From assembly GCA_045538895.1 (NCBI GenBank), contig JAZQEH010000078.1:7586-71585 (forward strand): a stretch of 64,000 nt of DNA, written 5' to 3'. Position numbers and translations under genes: made by a program. This DNA is from Eubacteriales bacterium (lineage in GTDB: Bacteria > Bacillota > Clostridia > Oscillospirales > CAG-272). The notes under the pieces were generated by a model. That model was not told the origin of the DNA, did not search any database, and worked only from the letters and a program-made list of their open reading frames with translations. Position 1 is the first letter of the stretch; the number at the start of each line of letters is the position of its first letter. Shown here piece by piece: positions 47,616 to 56,944 of this stretch.

Positions 47616-48740
47616 CTATATTACTTTTATGGTTTTATATACCTCGTCGATTTCTTTTTTTGTATTGAAAAAGCTGAAGCTGAATCGTAAAGCTCCGTGT
47701 TTTGTTGTTTCAAGAGTATTGTGAGCGAGCGGAGTGCAATGAAAACCGCTGCGTGTACATATGCCTTTTTTATCAAGTGTTTTCGATAGTATATCCGGCG
47801 GTATTTTCGAATTGTTGTATAGCAGTATACCGCTTTCTGACTTTTCGGCACCGTAAAATATACTTCCTTTTATGCTCGAAAGTCTTTCGTATAACAGATT
47901 TGATAATACAATCTCGTGGTTGCAAATACTTTGAATTCCGATTTTATTAACCCATTTTACCGATGCATCAAGTCCTGCAATTAAAGGCGTTGAGATTGTG
48001 CCTGCTTCAAAACTTTCTGGTAAATCCAATCCCATTTCAGCTGAAAGGGAATTGGCACCGTTGCCACCTTCTATAATGGTACGTAATGGCTTTTTTGAGC
48101 CAAAAATTACAAATCCGAGTCCTTGAGGCCCGTAGAGTCCTTTGTGAGCGGGAACACAGAGAGCATCAATTTTGCAATCTTCCATATTTATTTCAGCAAT
48201 ACCGGCACTTTGTGCCGCATCTACAACAAACGTGATGTTATGCTTGCGGCAAAAACAGCCGATTTCTTTTATTGGAAATACTCTACCGCAAATATTTGAT
48301 GCATGCGTCATTATCAGCATACTTGTGTTATTGCGGATTTTTTTCTCAAGTTCAAAAATAATGTTTGCTGTTGATTGCATTACGTTGAAAAAAGAATAAG
48401 TTATTTCTCCTTTGTTTTTCAGTGCATGTACCGGACGTAATACTGAATTGTGTTCCATGTTGCTCATCAGTATATGAGTGTTTGGCTTGTATAATGATTT
48501 TATTGCAACGTTTAAAGCATGAGTGGTGTTTACGGTGAAAACAACATTTTCAGGATACGGTGAGCCGAAAAAGGAAGATAGTGATTCTCTGCATTCAAAT
48601 ACTTTTTCGGCAGCTTTGATTGACAAATAATGTCCGCTTCTGCCGGGGTTGCCGCAGTAGGTGTTCATGCATCTTTTGATTTCTTCCGCTACGCATGGCG
48701 GTTTGGGAAATGTGGTAGCGGCATTATCTAAATAAATCAC
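47616..48740 (-). CDS. Class V aminotransferase / cysteine desulfurase family protein (GTG start)
   Basis: (M)IYLDNAATTFPKP, PLP-lysine context VPAHKGLYGPQG, and C-terminal RSGFHCTP active-site Cys loop. The start codon is GTG at 48740. Confidence 0.9.
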   Translation of the reverse strand: MIYLDNAATTFPKPPCVAEEIKRCMNTYCGNPGRSGHYLSIKAAEKVFECRESLSSFFGSPYPENVVFTVNTTHALNVAIKSLYKPNTHILMSNMEHNSVLRPVHALKNKGEITYSFFNVMQSTANIIFELEKKIRNNTSMLIMTHASNICGRVFPIKEIGCFCRKHNITFVVDAAQSAGIAEINMEDCKIDALCVPAHKGLYGPQGLGFVIFGSKKPLRTIIEGGNGANSLSAEMGLDLPESFEAGTISTPLIAGLDASVKWVNKIGIQSICNHEIVLSNLLYERLSSIKGSIFYGAEKSESGILLYNNSKIPPDILSKTLDKKGICTRSGFHCTPLAHNTLETTKHGALRFSFSFFNTKKEIDEVYKTIKVI

Positions 48741-48954
48741 CGTTTCCTACCTCAAAGCCAATACCGGAGTTGTGAAGTATACGGCTGATGTTACCCGAAT
48801 TCTGACAATTAAATTCTATTCCGTGCACGCAACCTCTTTTACTGTTATCTGTGCTCACTTTGATTGTGTTGACGGCAATGGAGTGTTCAGCGAGGATACG
48901 CTTTGCTTTCATTGCCTGTGTTACGGAGCCTGTAGTGAAAATACAATTTGCCAT
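48724..48954 (-). CDS. DUF3343 (putative Se/S carrier-like) small protein
   Basis: 76 aa. The pattern FTTGSVTQAMKAKRILAEHSI...RGCVHGIEF matches my recollection of DUF3343. Its 3' end overlaps the desulfurase start by 17 nt. Confidence 0.65.
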   Translation of the reverse strand: MANCIFTTGSVTQAMKAKRILAEHSIAVNTIKVSTDNSKRGCVHGIEFNCQNSGNISRILHNSGIGFEVGNGDLFR

Positions 48955-49045
48955 ATTTTGCTCCTTAATAAGATTGCCCGCATTATTATTTTATGCTGAT
49001 CAATAAAAATATTTAGAAAAATGTTCTTCAAATTCATTTTGCTTA

Positions 49046-49074
49046 TTGAAAAAAGTAATATTGTGGTGTATAAT
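49046..49074 (+). promoter_or_regulatory. Candidate sigma-A promoter for MBL-fold hydrolase/gltX/glnS
   Basis: TTGAAA, 17-nt spacer, TATAAT. Confidence 0.5.
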
Positions 49075-49105
49075 AAATTGATAAATTGTTGTTAAGAGGT
49101 GCTTT

Positions 49106-49720
49106 ATGCGGGTAATTACTCTTGATTCTGCCGGCTATGCCTCGAATTCTTATTTGATTATCGACGATAACAGTAAGGAATTTGCGGTAGTAGACCCAAG
49201 TGTTGATCCGGTTGTGGCAGAATCGTTTTTTGAAAAAGGGTATAGTTTACGGTACGTGCTTTTGACTCATGGTCATTTTGACCATATTCTTTATGTTGAC
49301 CAGTGGCGTGAAATGGGTGCTGAGGTTTGTATACATGAAGGGGATGCCGATTTTCTCGGCGATCCGTCAAAATCGCTTTACCTGCAGTTCTTTGCCCGTG
49401 ATACACGACATGCCGATGCAGAGATTATTCTACATGACAAAAGTATATTGCACCTTGGGGATAATGAAATTGTGGTTATGAGTACTCCGGGGCATACTAA
49501 AGGCAGCATTTGCTATTTATTCGGTGATACGATGATTAGCGGCGATACTTTGTTCGAAGGTTCTATCGGCAGAACTGATTTGTACGGTTCGAGTGTCTCG
49601 GACATGCAAGAAACTATCGAAAAACTCAGTTCTATTCAAAAGGATTATACCGTTTATCCCGGACACGGAAGAAAAACAACCATTTTCCACGAAAAGGCTT
49701 ACGGATATTTGCACAATTAA
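49106..49720 (+). CDS. MBL-fold metallo-hydrolase (glyoxalase II-like)
   Basis: THGHFDH metal motif, TPGHTKGS, GDTLF, and GRTD. Confidence 0.88.
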   Translation: MRVITLDSAGYASNSYLIIDDNSKEFAVVDPSVDPVVAESFFEKGYSLRYVLLTHGHFDHILYVDQWREMGAEVCIHEGDADFLGDPSKSLYLQFFARDTRHADAEIILHDKSILHLGDNEIVVMSTPGHTKGSICYLFGDTMISGDTLFEGSIGRTDLYGSSVSDMQETIEKLSSIQKDYTVYPGHGRKTTIFHEKAYGYLHN

Positions 49721-49733
49721 CGGAGAGAATACT

Positions 49734-51371
49734 ATGGATTTTAATTATCTTGCGGAACTTTTGTTCCCTAATGTTACGGATACTCCCGACGATATGGAGG
49801 CTCGTTTCCCTAAAAGAGAACTTCCTGAAGGGGCGGTAGTATCAAGAATGGCGCCAAGCCCTACAGGATTTGTTCACCTTGGTAATCTTGTTCAGGGACT
49901 CACTTCTGAACGTCTTACTCATCAGTCCGGCGGTGTGCTTTTTTTGCGTGTTGAGGATACCGATGCGAAGAGAGAAGTTCCCGGTGCGGTAGAAATTCTC
50001 ATCAACTCTCTCAAGCATTATAATATTGTGTTTGACGAGGGTGCTACTATTGATGGCGACAGCGGTGTATACGGTCCTTACCGTCAGCGTCAGCGTAAAG
50101 ACATCTATCATGTGTTTGCCAAAAAGCTTGTTAAAGAGGGCAAGGCATATCCTTGCTTCTGTACCGAAGAGGAGCTTTCTGCCATTCACGAAGCACAAGA
50201 GGCAGAAAAAGCGAATTTTGGCTATTACGGAAAATGGGCAAAGTACCGTGATGCTTCTATTGAGGTTATTGAAGAGAATCTTAAAAAAGGCATGCCGTGG
50301 GTATTGCGTTTTCATTCTGAGGGCAGCATTGAGAATAAAATCAAGTTTACCGATTTGATTAAGGGTAATCTTGAACTTACAGAGAATGATATAGATCACG
50401 TTCTTCTCAAATCTGACGGTATTCCTACTTACCATTTTGCACATGCAGTTGATGACCATCTCATGCACACCACACATGTCGTACGTGGTGATGAATGGTT
50501 GCCTACGCTTCCGTTCCATTTGCAGCTATTCTTTGCTCTTGGATGGAAGCCGCCTAAATACTTGCACATCGGTCCTCTTATGAAGATGGACGGAGAGTCC
50601 AAGCGTAAACTCTCAAAACGTAAAGACCCCGAACTCGCTTTGACATTCTATCAGGAAATCGGTTATCCCGTTGAAGCGGTTTACGAGTATATACTTACAG
50701 TTCTCAATTCGAATTATGAGGACTGGAGAAGAGCAAATCCGTTTGCCGATACCAATGAGTTCAAGTTCTCTTATAAGAAGATGAACCCTGCAGGCTCGCT
50801 TTTTGATGAGAATAAACTTAAGGACGTTTCCAAGGACGTCGTTTCAAAAATGACAGCAGAGCGTGTTTATGAGCTTGCGCTTGAATGGGCAAAGCTTTAT
50901 GATACTGATTTTGCTGAAAAACTTGAAGCAAATCCCGAATTTACAAAGGCGATCCTTGCAATAGGACGCGGTGGCAAAAAGCCGAGAAAAGACTTTGCGG
51001 TCTGGAGCGAACTTAAGGCATACATGGCGTTCTTTTATGATGAATACTTTGTAAGAGAAGCAGAGTATCCTGCTTTTGATGTCACAGATATTAACGGTAT
51101 TGTCCGTGATTATGTTGATATTTACGATCCAAGCGATGACCAGAATGTATGGTTTGAAAAAATCAAGGCGCTCTCTGAAAAATACGGTTTTTGTCCTGAT
51201 ACAAAGTTGTACAAATCCAATCCCGAGGCGTACAAGGGACATGTTGGTGACGTCAGCATGATTTTGCGTGTTGCGGTTACTGGCAGACAGAATTCGCCTG
51301 ACATGTATGAGGTTATGCGAATACTTGGAAAAGAAAAGGTTACTGCAAGATTGCTTGATGCAGTTAAGTAA
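49734..51371 (+). CDS. gltX: Glutamate--tRNA ligase (long ~545-aa form)
   Basis: RMAPSPTGFVHLGN (HIGH-type), RVEDTD, and KLSKRK (KMSKS-type). The ATG at 49734 follows GGAGAG; the ORF-track start at 49593 overlaps the previous gene. Confidence 0.94.
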   Translation: MDFNYLAELLFPNVTDTPDDMEARFPKRELPEGAVVSRMAPSPTGFVHLGNLVQGLTSERLTHQSGGVLFLRVEDTDAKREVPGAVEILINSLKHYNIVFDEGATIDGDSGVYGPYRQRQRKDIYHVFAKKLVKEGKAYPCFCTEEELSAIHEAQEAEKANFGYYGKWAKYRDASIEVIEENLKKGMPWVLRFHSEGSIENKIKFTDLIKGNLELTENDIDHVLLKSDGIPTYHFAHAVDDHLMHTTHVVRGDEWLPTLPFHLQLFFALGWKPPKYLHIGPLMKMDGESKRKLSKRKDPELALTFYQEIGYPVEAVYEYILTVLNSNYEDWRRANPFADTNEFKFSYKKMNPAGSLFDENKLKDVSKDVVSKMTAERVYELALEWAKLYDTDFAEKLEANPEFTKAILAIGRGGKKPRKDFAVWSELKAYMAFFYDEYFVREAEYPAFDVTDINGIVRDYVDIYDPSDDQNVWFEKIKALSEKYGFCPDTKLYKSNPEAYKGHVGDVSMILRVAVTGRQNSPDMYEVMRILGKEKVTARLLDAVK

Positions 51372-51385
51372 TCAAGGAGATTGTC

Positions 51386-53038
51386 ATGGAAGAAACAAGA
51401 ACAAATTTTTTGGAGGAAATAGTTGAAGCGGATCTTGCGGCAAATCCCGACCTCAAGATCCATACCCGTTTTCCTCCTGAACCTAACGGATATCTGCATA
51501 TTGGCAGTGCAAAAGCTATATGGATTAATTCCACCATTGCAAAGAAATACGGCGGAAAGTTCAATCTTCGTTACGATGATACGAACCCCGCTAAAGAAGA
51601 TAACGAATACGTTGAGTCAATTTATGAGGACCTTACCTGGCTTGGAGCAGAGCCTACAGGAGGAGTGTTTTACGGCTCTGATTATTTTGATAAGTGTTAC
51701 GAATATGCAGTAAAACTTATCAAAGAGGGAAAAGCATACGTTTGCGACCTTACCGCCGAAGAAATGCGTGAATATCGCGGTACACTTACTCAGCCAGGTA
51801 AAGCCAGCCCTTGGCGTGACAGAAGCGTTGAGGAGAACCTTGACCTGTTTGAACGTATGAAAAACGGAGAGTTTGAGGACGGTACGCACACTCTTCGAGC
51901 AAAAATAGACATGGCTTCGCCGAATATGAATTTGCGTGACCCCGCTATTTACAGAATCGTGCATACTGCCCATCACCGACAGGGAAATAAGTGGTGTATC
52001 TATCCGCTTTACGACTTTGCACATCCTATTCAGGATGCTATTGAAGGTATCACACACTCGCTTTGCTCACTTGAATTTGAAAATCACCGCCCTCTCTATG
52101 ATTGGGTTGTTGACAATATTGATTTTGAGAAAAAGCCGAAGCAGAGAGAGTTTGCACGACTCAACGTAACGTATACTGTAATGAGCAAACGCTATTTGCG
52201 TCAGCTTGTAGAAACTAAACTTGTTGACGGTTGGGATGATCCCAGAATGCCCACAATTTGTGGTTTGCGTAGACGTGGTTTCACTGCTGCTTCTATCTTT
52301 GATTTTGTTGAACGTGCAGGTGTTGCAAAGGCTTATAGTCTTGTAGATATCGAACTTCTTGAGCATTGTATCCGTGAGGAGCTTAACATGACTGCACCTC
52401 GTAGAATAGCGGTGCTTGAGCCTATAAAGGTTGTCGTTACCAACTACCCTGAAGATAAAGTTGAGTATTTCGAACTTCCTAACAATCCTAACGATGAGAA
52501 TGCGGGAAAGCGTAAAGTTCCTTTTACAAGAGAGCTTTACATTGACCAAAGCGATTTTGCTGAGGTTCCGCCTCCGAAGTTTTTCCGTATGAAGCCGGAT
52601 GGCGAAGTTCGCCTTATGGGTTCATATATCGTTAAATGTAATGAAATTATTAAAAACGATGACGGCAGCATAAAGGAAATCCGTTGCACCGCAGATCTTG
52701 AAACCGGAGCAAACATGCCTTTGGACGGCCGTAAGATCAAGGGAACCATTCATTGGCTTTCAGCTGAACATTCCGATACGGTTAACGTTATGCTTTATGA
52801 CAGACTGTTTACCATTGAGAATGTTGCTGATATTCCCGAGGATAAGACCTATAATGATTATCTTAATCCGGACTCGCTTAAAAAGCTTACCGAAAGCAGA
52901 GTGGAAAAATCTCTCGCTGATTCTGCCGCAGGTGATAAGTTCCAGTTCGTACGAACCGGATATTTCGTTAAAGATACAAAGTATCCCAACACCTATAATA
53001 GAATTGTAGGTCTTAAAGATAGTTTTCCTAAAAAATAA
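51386..53038 (+). CDS. glnS: Glutamine--tRNA ligase
   Basis: RFPPEPNGYLHIGSAKA, LRYDDTNP, and VMSKR. The C-terminal anticodon-binding beta-barrels have the expected length. Confidence 0.96.
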   Translation: MEETRTNFLEEIVEADLAANPDLKIHTRFPPEPNGYLHIGSAKAIWINSTIAKKYGGKFNLRYDDTNPAKEDNEYVESIYEDLTWLGAEPTGGVFYGSDYFDKCYEYAVKLIKEGKAYVCDLTAEEMREYRGTLTQPGKASPWRDRSVEENLDLFERMKNGEFEDGTHTLRAKIDMASPNMNLRDPAIYRIVHTAHHRQGNKWCIYPLYDFAHPIQDAIEGITHSLCSLEFENHRPLYDWVVDNIDFEKKPKQREFARLNVTYTVMSKRYLRQLVETKLVDGWDDPRMPTICGLRRRGFTAASIFDFVERAGVAKAYSLVDIELLEHCIREELNMTAPRRIAVLEPIKVVVTNYPEDKVEYFELPNNPNDENAGKRKVPFTRELYIDQSDFAEVPPPKFFRMKPDGEVRLMGSYIVKCNEIIKNDDGSIKEIRCTADLETGANMPLDGRKIKGTIHWLSAEHSDTVNVMLYDRLFTIENVADIPEDKTYNDYLNPDSLKKLTESRVEKSLADSAAGDKFQFVRTGYFVKDTKYPNTYNRIVGLKDSFPKK

Positions 53039-53060
53039 ATTATAAAATTTGGAGGAATTT

Positions 53061-54095
53061 ATGAAAAAACTTTCGTTAGTATTAGTTGTTCTTCTTGCGT
53101 TCTGCATGGTTCCTGTTTCGGTATTTGCTGCTGATTCTACAGCTTCTCTTTCCGATGTATCGGCAAAAGCAGGGGAAGAAGTTACTATCACGCTTGCAAT
53201 CGAAAACAGCCCCGGCGTTGCAGGAGTAGAGTTTTATGTAGGCTATGACTCGAACATTATGTCATACGTTTCCGGTCAGAGTAAGACAAACAGCTTCTTT
53301 GTAGCTCTTTCTACAGAGGCTGCTGCAAATCCTGTCAAGGTGGTTGCTGCAAACCTCAGCCTTAATAATATTACCGGCAATATTACTTTTGCAGACCTTA
53401 AGTTTAAGATTAATGATTCTGCAAAAACGGGTGATTACGATGTAAATCTTTCCTCGGTTGCGGCATATTCTGCACAGGGCGAAGAGAATGAGCTTGTAAA
53501 AATTCCTCTTGTTGTTAAAAATGCTGTTGTTACCGTTAAAGGCATTTCTACCGGTACCGATGTTGGAGTTCATAAGCACAGTTACAAGGAAACCGCTGTT
53601 GCTCCAAACGGTGCAGAGCCCGGTTATACTCTTTTTGAGTGTTCATGCGGACATTCTTACAAGGGCAATTACGTATATGAGGAAACTACCGAGATTCCTG
53701 CTGCTAAGACAGAAGTTAAGCTTACTATAGGTTCTAAAACCGCTTACATCAATGGAGAGGCTAAAGAACTCGATGCGGCGCCCATTAACCGTAACAACCG
53801 TACAATGCTTCCCGTAAGATTCCTTGCAAACGCATTTGGCGTTGATAATGACGGTATCAAGTGGGATGCTCCTACGCGCACCGCTACACTTTCTAATAGC
53901 TCTGTAACCATTGTTGTTACTATTGATGCACCCTCTATGACTGTAAACGGTGAAACAGTTGCTCTTGACTCTCCTGCAATAATCGAAAATGACAGAACAT
54001 ATCTTCCTGTTCGTGCCATTGCTAATGCACTTGGCGTATCCAACGATAATATCAGTTGGGATGCAACAACAAATACCGCAACTCTTGTAAAATAA
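53061..54095 (+). CDS. Secreted cohesin-domain protein with two C-terminal copper-amine-oxidase-N-like (stalk) repeats
   Basis: Signal peptide MKKLSLVLVVLLAFCMVPVSVFA. Cohesin-like region (SAKAGEEVTITLAIENSPGVAGVEFYVGYDSNIM...GDYDVNL...VVTVKG). Two repeats of NNRTMLPVRFLANAFGV / NDRTYLPVRAIANALGV. Confidence 0.8.
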   Translation: MKKLSLVLVVLLAFCMVPVSVFAADSTASLSDVSAKAGEEVTITLAIENSPGVAGVEFYVGYDSNIMSYVSGQSKTNSFFVALSTEAAANPVKVVAANLSLNNITGNITFADLKFKINDSAKTGDYDVNLSSVAAYSAQGEENELVKIPLVVKNAVVTVKGISTGTDVGVHKHSYKETAVAPNGAEPGYTLFECSCGHSYKGNYVYEETTEIPAAKTEVKLTIGSKTAYINGEAKELDAAPINRNNRTMLPVRFLANAFGVDNDGIKWDAPTRTATLSNSSVTIVVTIDAPSMTVNGETVALDSPAIIENDRTYLPVRAIANALGVSNDNISWDATTNTATLVK

Positions 54096-54123
54096 AAAAG
54101 AAGCCTTCGGGCTTCTTTTTTTG
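54094..54123 (+). terminator. Rho-independent terminator after the cohesin-domain gene
   Basis: AAAAGAAGCC-ttcg-GGCTTCTTTT followed by a T-run. Confidence 0.85.
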
Positions 54124-54170
54124 TTTTCGATTTCATATTTATATAAAAATCCGAAAAGAGGTTTTAAAAT

Positions 54171-54917
54171 ATGAAAAGCAGAATACACGAGATAATATAC
54201 TCACTAAAAATTCTTTTGATATGCACACTTTTTACTTTATTAATACTATTGTTATGCTTGCTTTTTGAACACCTGAACTTAGCTACAGATTTAAAGGTGA
54301 TGAATGAGAATAACGGCGTAAAAGTAATAATTGATGCGGGTCACGGCGGCAGGGACGGCGGTGCTGTCAGCAAAAGCAATCTATTGGAAAAAGATTTGAA
54401 TTTATCTGTGTCAACTACATTAAACGATATATTAATGCTTTGCGGTGTGAATTGCCTTATGACTCGTGAAGACGACAGATTAGTATGCGATGAAAACGAT
54501 CCTGCTTTAAAAGGGAAGCTTAAATTAACAGATTTGAAGAATCGCCTGGAAATAGCCAAAGCTAATCCGGAAGCTGTTTTTATAAGCATTCACATGAATA
54601 CTTTCCCTATAGAGAAGTACAGCGGCTTGCAGGTTTACTATTCTCCAAATAATGATGCATCATTCGAAATAGCAAATGCTATTCAGGATAATGTCCGCTT
54701 GCTTTTACAGCCGGACAATAATAGAAAAGTTAAAAAAGCAGGTAGTAGTATTTATTTGCTGAATAGAATTACTTCTCCGGCTATACTTATTGAGTGTGGC
54801 TTTTTGTCCAATACCGCAGAAGCGGAAAGGTTGTCGAAAGCAGAATACCGAACGGCGCTTTCGCTTGTTTTTGCCCAAGTTGCAATTTCAAAAACAAATA
54901 AAGGTGAAAACTTGTAG
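54171..54917 (+). CDS. cwlD: N-acetylmuramoyl-L-alanine amidase, CwlD-like (spore cortex/germination type)
   Basis: N-terminal TM helix and Amidase_3 motifs IIDAGHGGRDGGA, ISIHMN, and ILIECGFLSN. The size and architecture match CwlD. Confidence 0.82.
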   Translation: MKSRIHEIIYSLKILLICTLFTLLILLLCLLFEHLNLATDLKVMNENNGVKVIIDAGHGGRDGGAVSKSNLLEKDLNLSVSTTLNDILMLCGVNCLMTREDDRLVCDENDPALKGKLKLTDLKNRLEIAKANPEAVFISIHMNTFPIEKYSGLQVYYSPNNDASFEIANAIQDNVRLLLQPDNNRKVKKAGSSIYLLNRITSPAILIECGFLSNTAEAERLSKAEYRTALSLVFAQVAISKTNKGENL

Positions 54918-54923
54918 AAATGC

Positions 54924-54952
54924 TTGAAAAAAAGGAAATCAAATGTTATAAT
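54924..54952 (+). promoter_or_regulatory. Candidate sigma-A promoter for metG-tatD-rSAM
   Basis: TTGAAA, 17-nt spacer, TGtTATAAT extended -10. Confidence 0.55.
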
Positions 54953-55003
54953 AATTGTTAATGATATTTTTCAATCTTACAGATTGCGAAAGGACGGATA
55001 AAT

Positions 55004-56944
55004 ATGACTGATAAAGGAAGATTTTATATAACAACCGCTATTGCGTATAGCTCAAGAAAACCTCATTTCGGCAACACTTATGAGGTAATTATGACTGATG
55101 CTATCGCACGTTTTAAAAGACAGGTTGGTTATGATGTATTCTTCTTGACCGGTACTGATGAGCACGGTCAGAAGATTGAAAACTATGCAAAAGAGGCTGG
55201 TATTTCTCCGCAGCAGTATGTTGACAATGTTTCTGCGGAGATTCGTAAAATCTGGGATCTTATGGGTGCAAGCTACGATAAGTTCATCCGCACTACAGAT
55301 GACTATCATGTACGTTCTGTACAGAATATTTTCAAGAAGCTTTACGATAAAGGCGACATTTATAAGGGACACTACGAGGGATGGTACTGTACACCGTGTG
55401 AGTCGTTCTTTACCGAAACACAGGTTACAGATTGCAAATGTCCTGATTGCGGCGCTGCTGTTACCAAGGCTAAAGAAGAAGCATATTTCTTCAAGATGAG
55501 CAACTATGCCGACAAACTTATCGAGTACATCAAAACTCATCCTGAATTTATCGAGCCTGAATCACGCAAAAAAGAAATGGTTAACAACTTCCTCAAGGCG
55601 GGTCTTCAGGATCTTTGCGTTTCACGTTCTTCTTTTACCTGGGGCGTTCCGATTACCTTTGATGAAAAGCATGTAACTTATGTTTGGATTGATGCACTTT
55701 CTAACTATATTACTGCTCTCGGTTATGATCCCGATAATGCCGATCAGCCCGAACTTTATAAAAAGAATTGGCCCGCAGATGTTCATATAATCGGCAAGGA
55801 CATTCTTCGGTTCCATACAATTTATTGGCCTATCATTCTTATGGCTCTTGGTGAACCTTTGCCTAAAAAGGTATTCGGTCATCCTTGGTTCAATTTCGGT
55901 ATGGATAAAATGTCCAAGTCCAAGGGCAATGTTATTTACGCCGATGAACTTGCAGAAGTTTTCGGTGTTGACGGTGTGCGTTATTACGCTCTTGCCGAAA
56001 TGCCTTACGCTTCTGACGGAAGCATCACTTACGAAAATATTATCAACCGTTATAATACCGACCTTGCTAACAATCTCGGCAACCTTGTTAACCGTACCGT
56101 TGCAATGACAAAGAAGTATTTCGACGGTGTTGTTCCTGCACCTGCAGTTACAGATGCAGTTGACAACGAACTTATTGCAGAGGCTGAAAAGGCGAAAAAA
56201 CTTTCGTATGAACTTATGGAAAGTTATCATATTGCCGATGCGCTTGAGGCAATATTCACCATGCTTCGCCGTGCAAATAAGTACATCGACGAAACGACTC
56301 CATGGACACTTGCAAAGAGCGAGGAAACCAAGGGAAGACTTGCCACAGTTATTTACAACCTGCTTGAAACCATCCGCATTGCGGCGGTATTGCTCACTCC
56401 TTATATTCCTGCTACAGCTGAGAGCATCTTTAATCAGCTCGGTACCGATAAGCGTGATTATGACAGCATTTCCGAGTTTGGCGGTCTTAAAGCCGGTAAT
56501 AGTGTAGGCGAAGCGGCAGTTTTGTTCGCAAGACTTGATGAAGAAAAGATTCTTGCCGACGTTGCCGCAAAGCGAGAGGCGGCTTTAGCTGCTGAGAAAA
56601 AGGTTGAAAAGCCTGAAGGCGTTGCACAGATTGGTATTGACACTTTTATGGGTGTTGAACTGCGTACTGCACAGGTAGTTGCATGTGAAAAGCTTCCGAA
56701 GGCTAAAAAACTTCTTAAACTCCAACTTGACCTTGGATATGAAAAACGCCAGGTTCTTTCGGGTATCGCAAAATTCTATACACCCGAGGAACTTATCGGC
56801 AAAAAGGTTATTGTTGTTGCAAATCTTGCTCCTGCAAAGCTTTGCGGCGAGGACAGTTTTGGTATGATTCTTGCATCCGGCGAAGAAGAGGTAAGAGTAG
56901 TATTCCTTGATCCGGAAACTCCTCTTGGAGAGCGTGTAAGATAA
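55004..56944 (+). CDS. metG: Methionine--tRNA ligase with a C-terminal tRNA-binding (EMAPII-like) domain
   Basis: YSSRKPHFGNTYE (HIGH-type), zinc knuckle CTPCE...CPDCG, and KMSKSKGN. C-terminal VELRTAQVVACEKLPKAKKLLKLQLDLG. Confidence 0.97.
   Translation: MTDKGRFYITTAIAYSSRKPHFGNTYEVIMTDAIARFKRQVGYDVFFLTGTDEHGQKIENYAKEAGISPQQYVDNVSAEIRKIWDLMGASYDKFIRTTDDYHVRSVQNIFKKLYDKGDIYKGHYEGWYCTPCESFFTETQVTDCKCPDCGAAVTKAKEEAYFFKMSNYADKLIEYIKTHPEFIEPESRKKEMVNNFLKAGLQDLCVSRSSFTWGVPITFDEKHVTYVWIDALSNYITALGYDPDNADQPELYKKNWPADVHIIGKDILRFHTIYWPIILMALGEPLPKKVFGHPWFNFGMDKMSKSKGNVIYADELAEVFGVDGVRYYALAEMPYASDGSITYENIINRYNTDLANNLGNLVNRTVAMTKKYFDGVVPAPAVTDAVDNELIAEAEKAKKLSYELMESYHIADALEAIFTMLRRANKYIDETTPWTLAKSEETKGRLATVIYNLLETIRIAAVLLTPYIPATAESIFNQLGTDKRDYDSISEFGGLKAGNSVGEAAVLFARLDEEKILADVAAKREAALAAEKKVEKPEGVAQIGIDTFMGVELRTAQVVACEKLPKAKKLLKLQLDLGYEKRQVLSGIAKFYTPEELIGKKVIVVANLAPAKLCGEDSFGMILASGEEEVRVVFLDPETPLGERVR

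Noticed and set aside
54918-55003. Possible T-box, riboswitch or PyrR leaders upstream of metG, leuS, gltX/glnS, lysC (L-box) and pyrC.
   Set aside because: The untranslated regions are only ~2-90 nt, too short for T-box (~200 nt), lysine riboswitch (~180 nt) or PyrR attenuators. No specifier or T-box consensus was seen.
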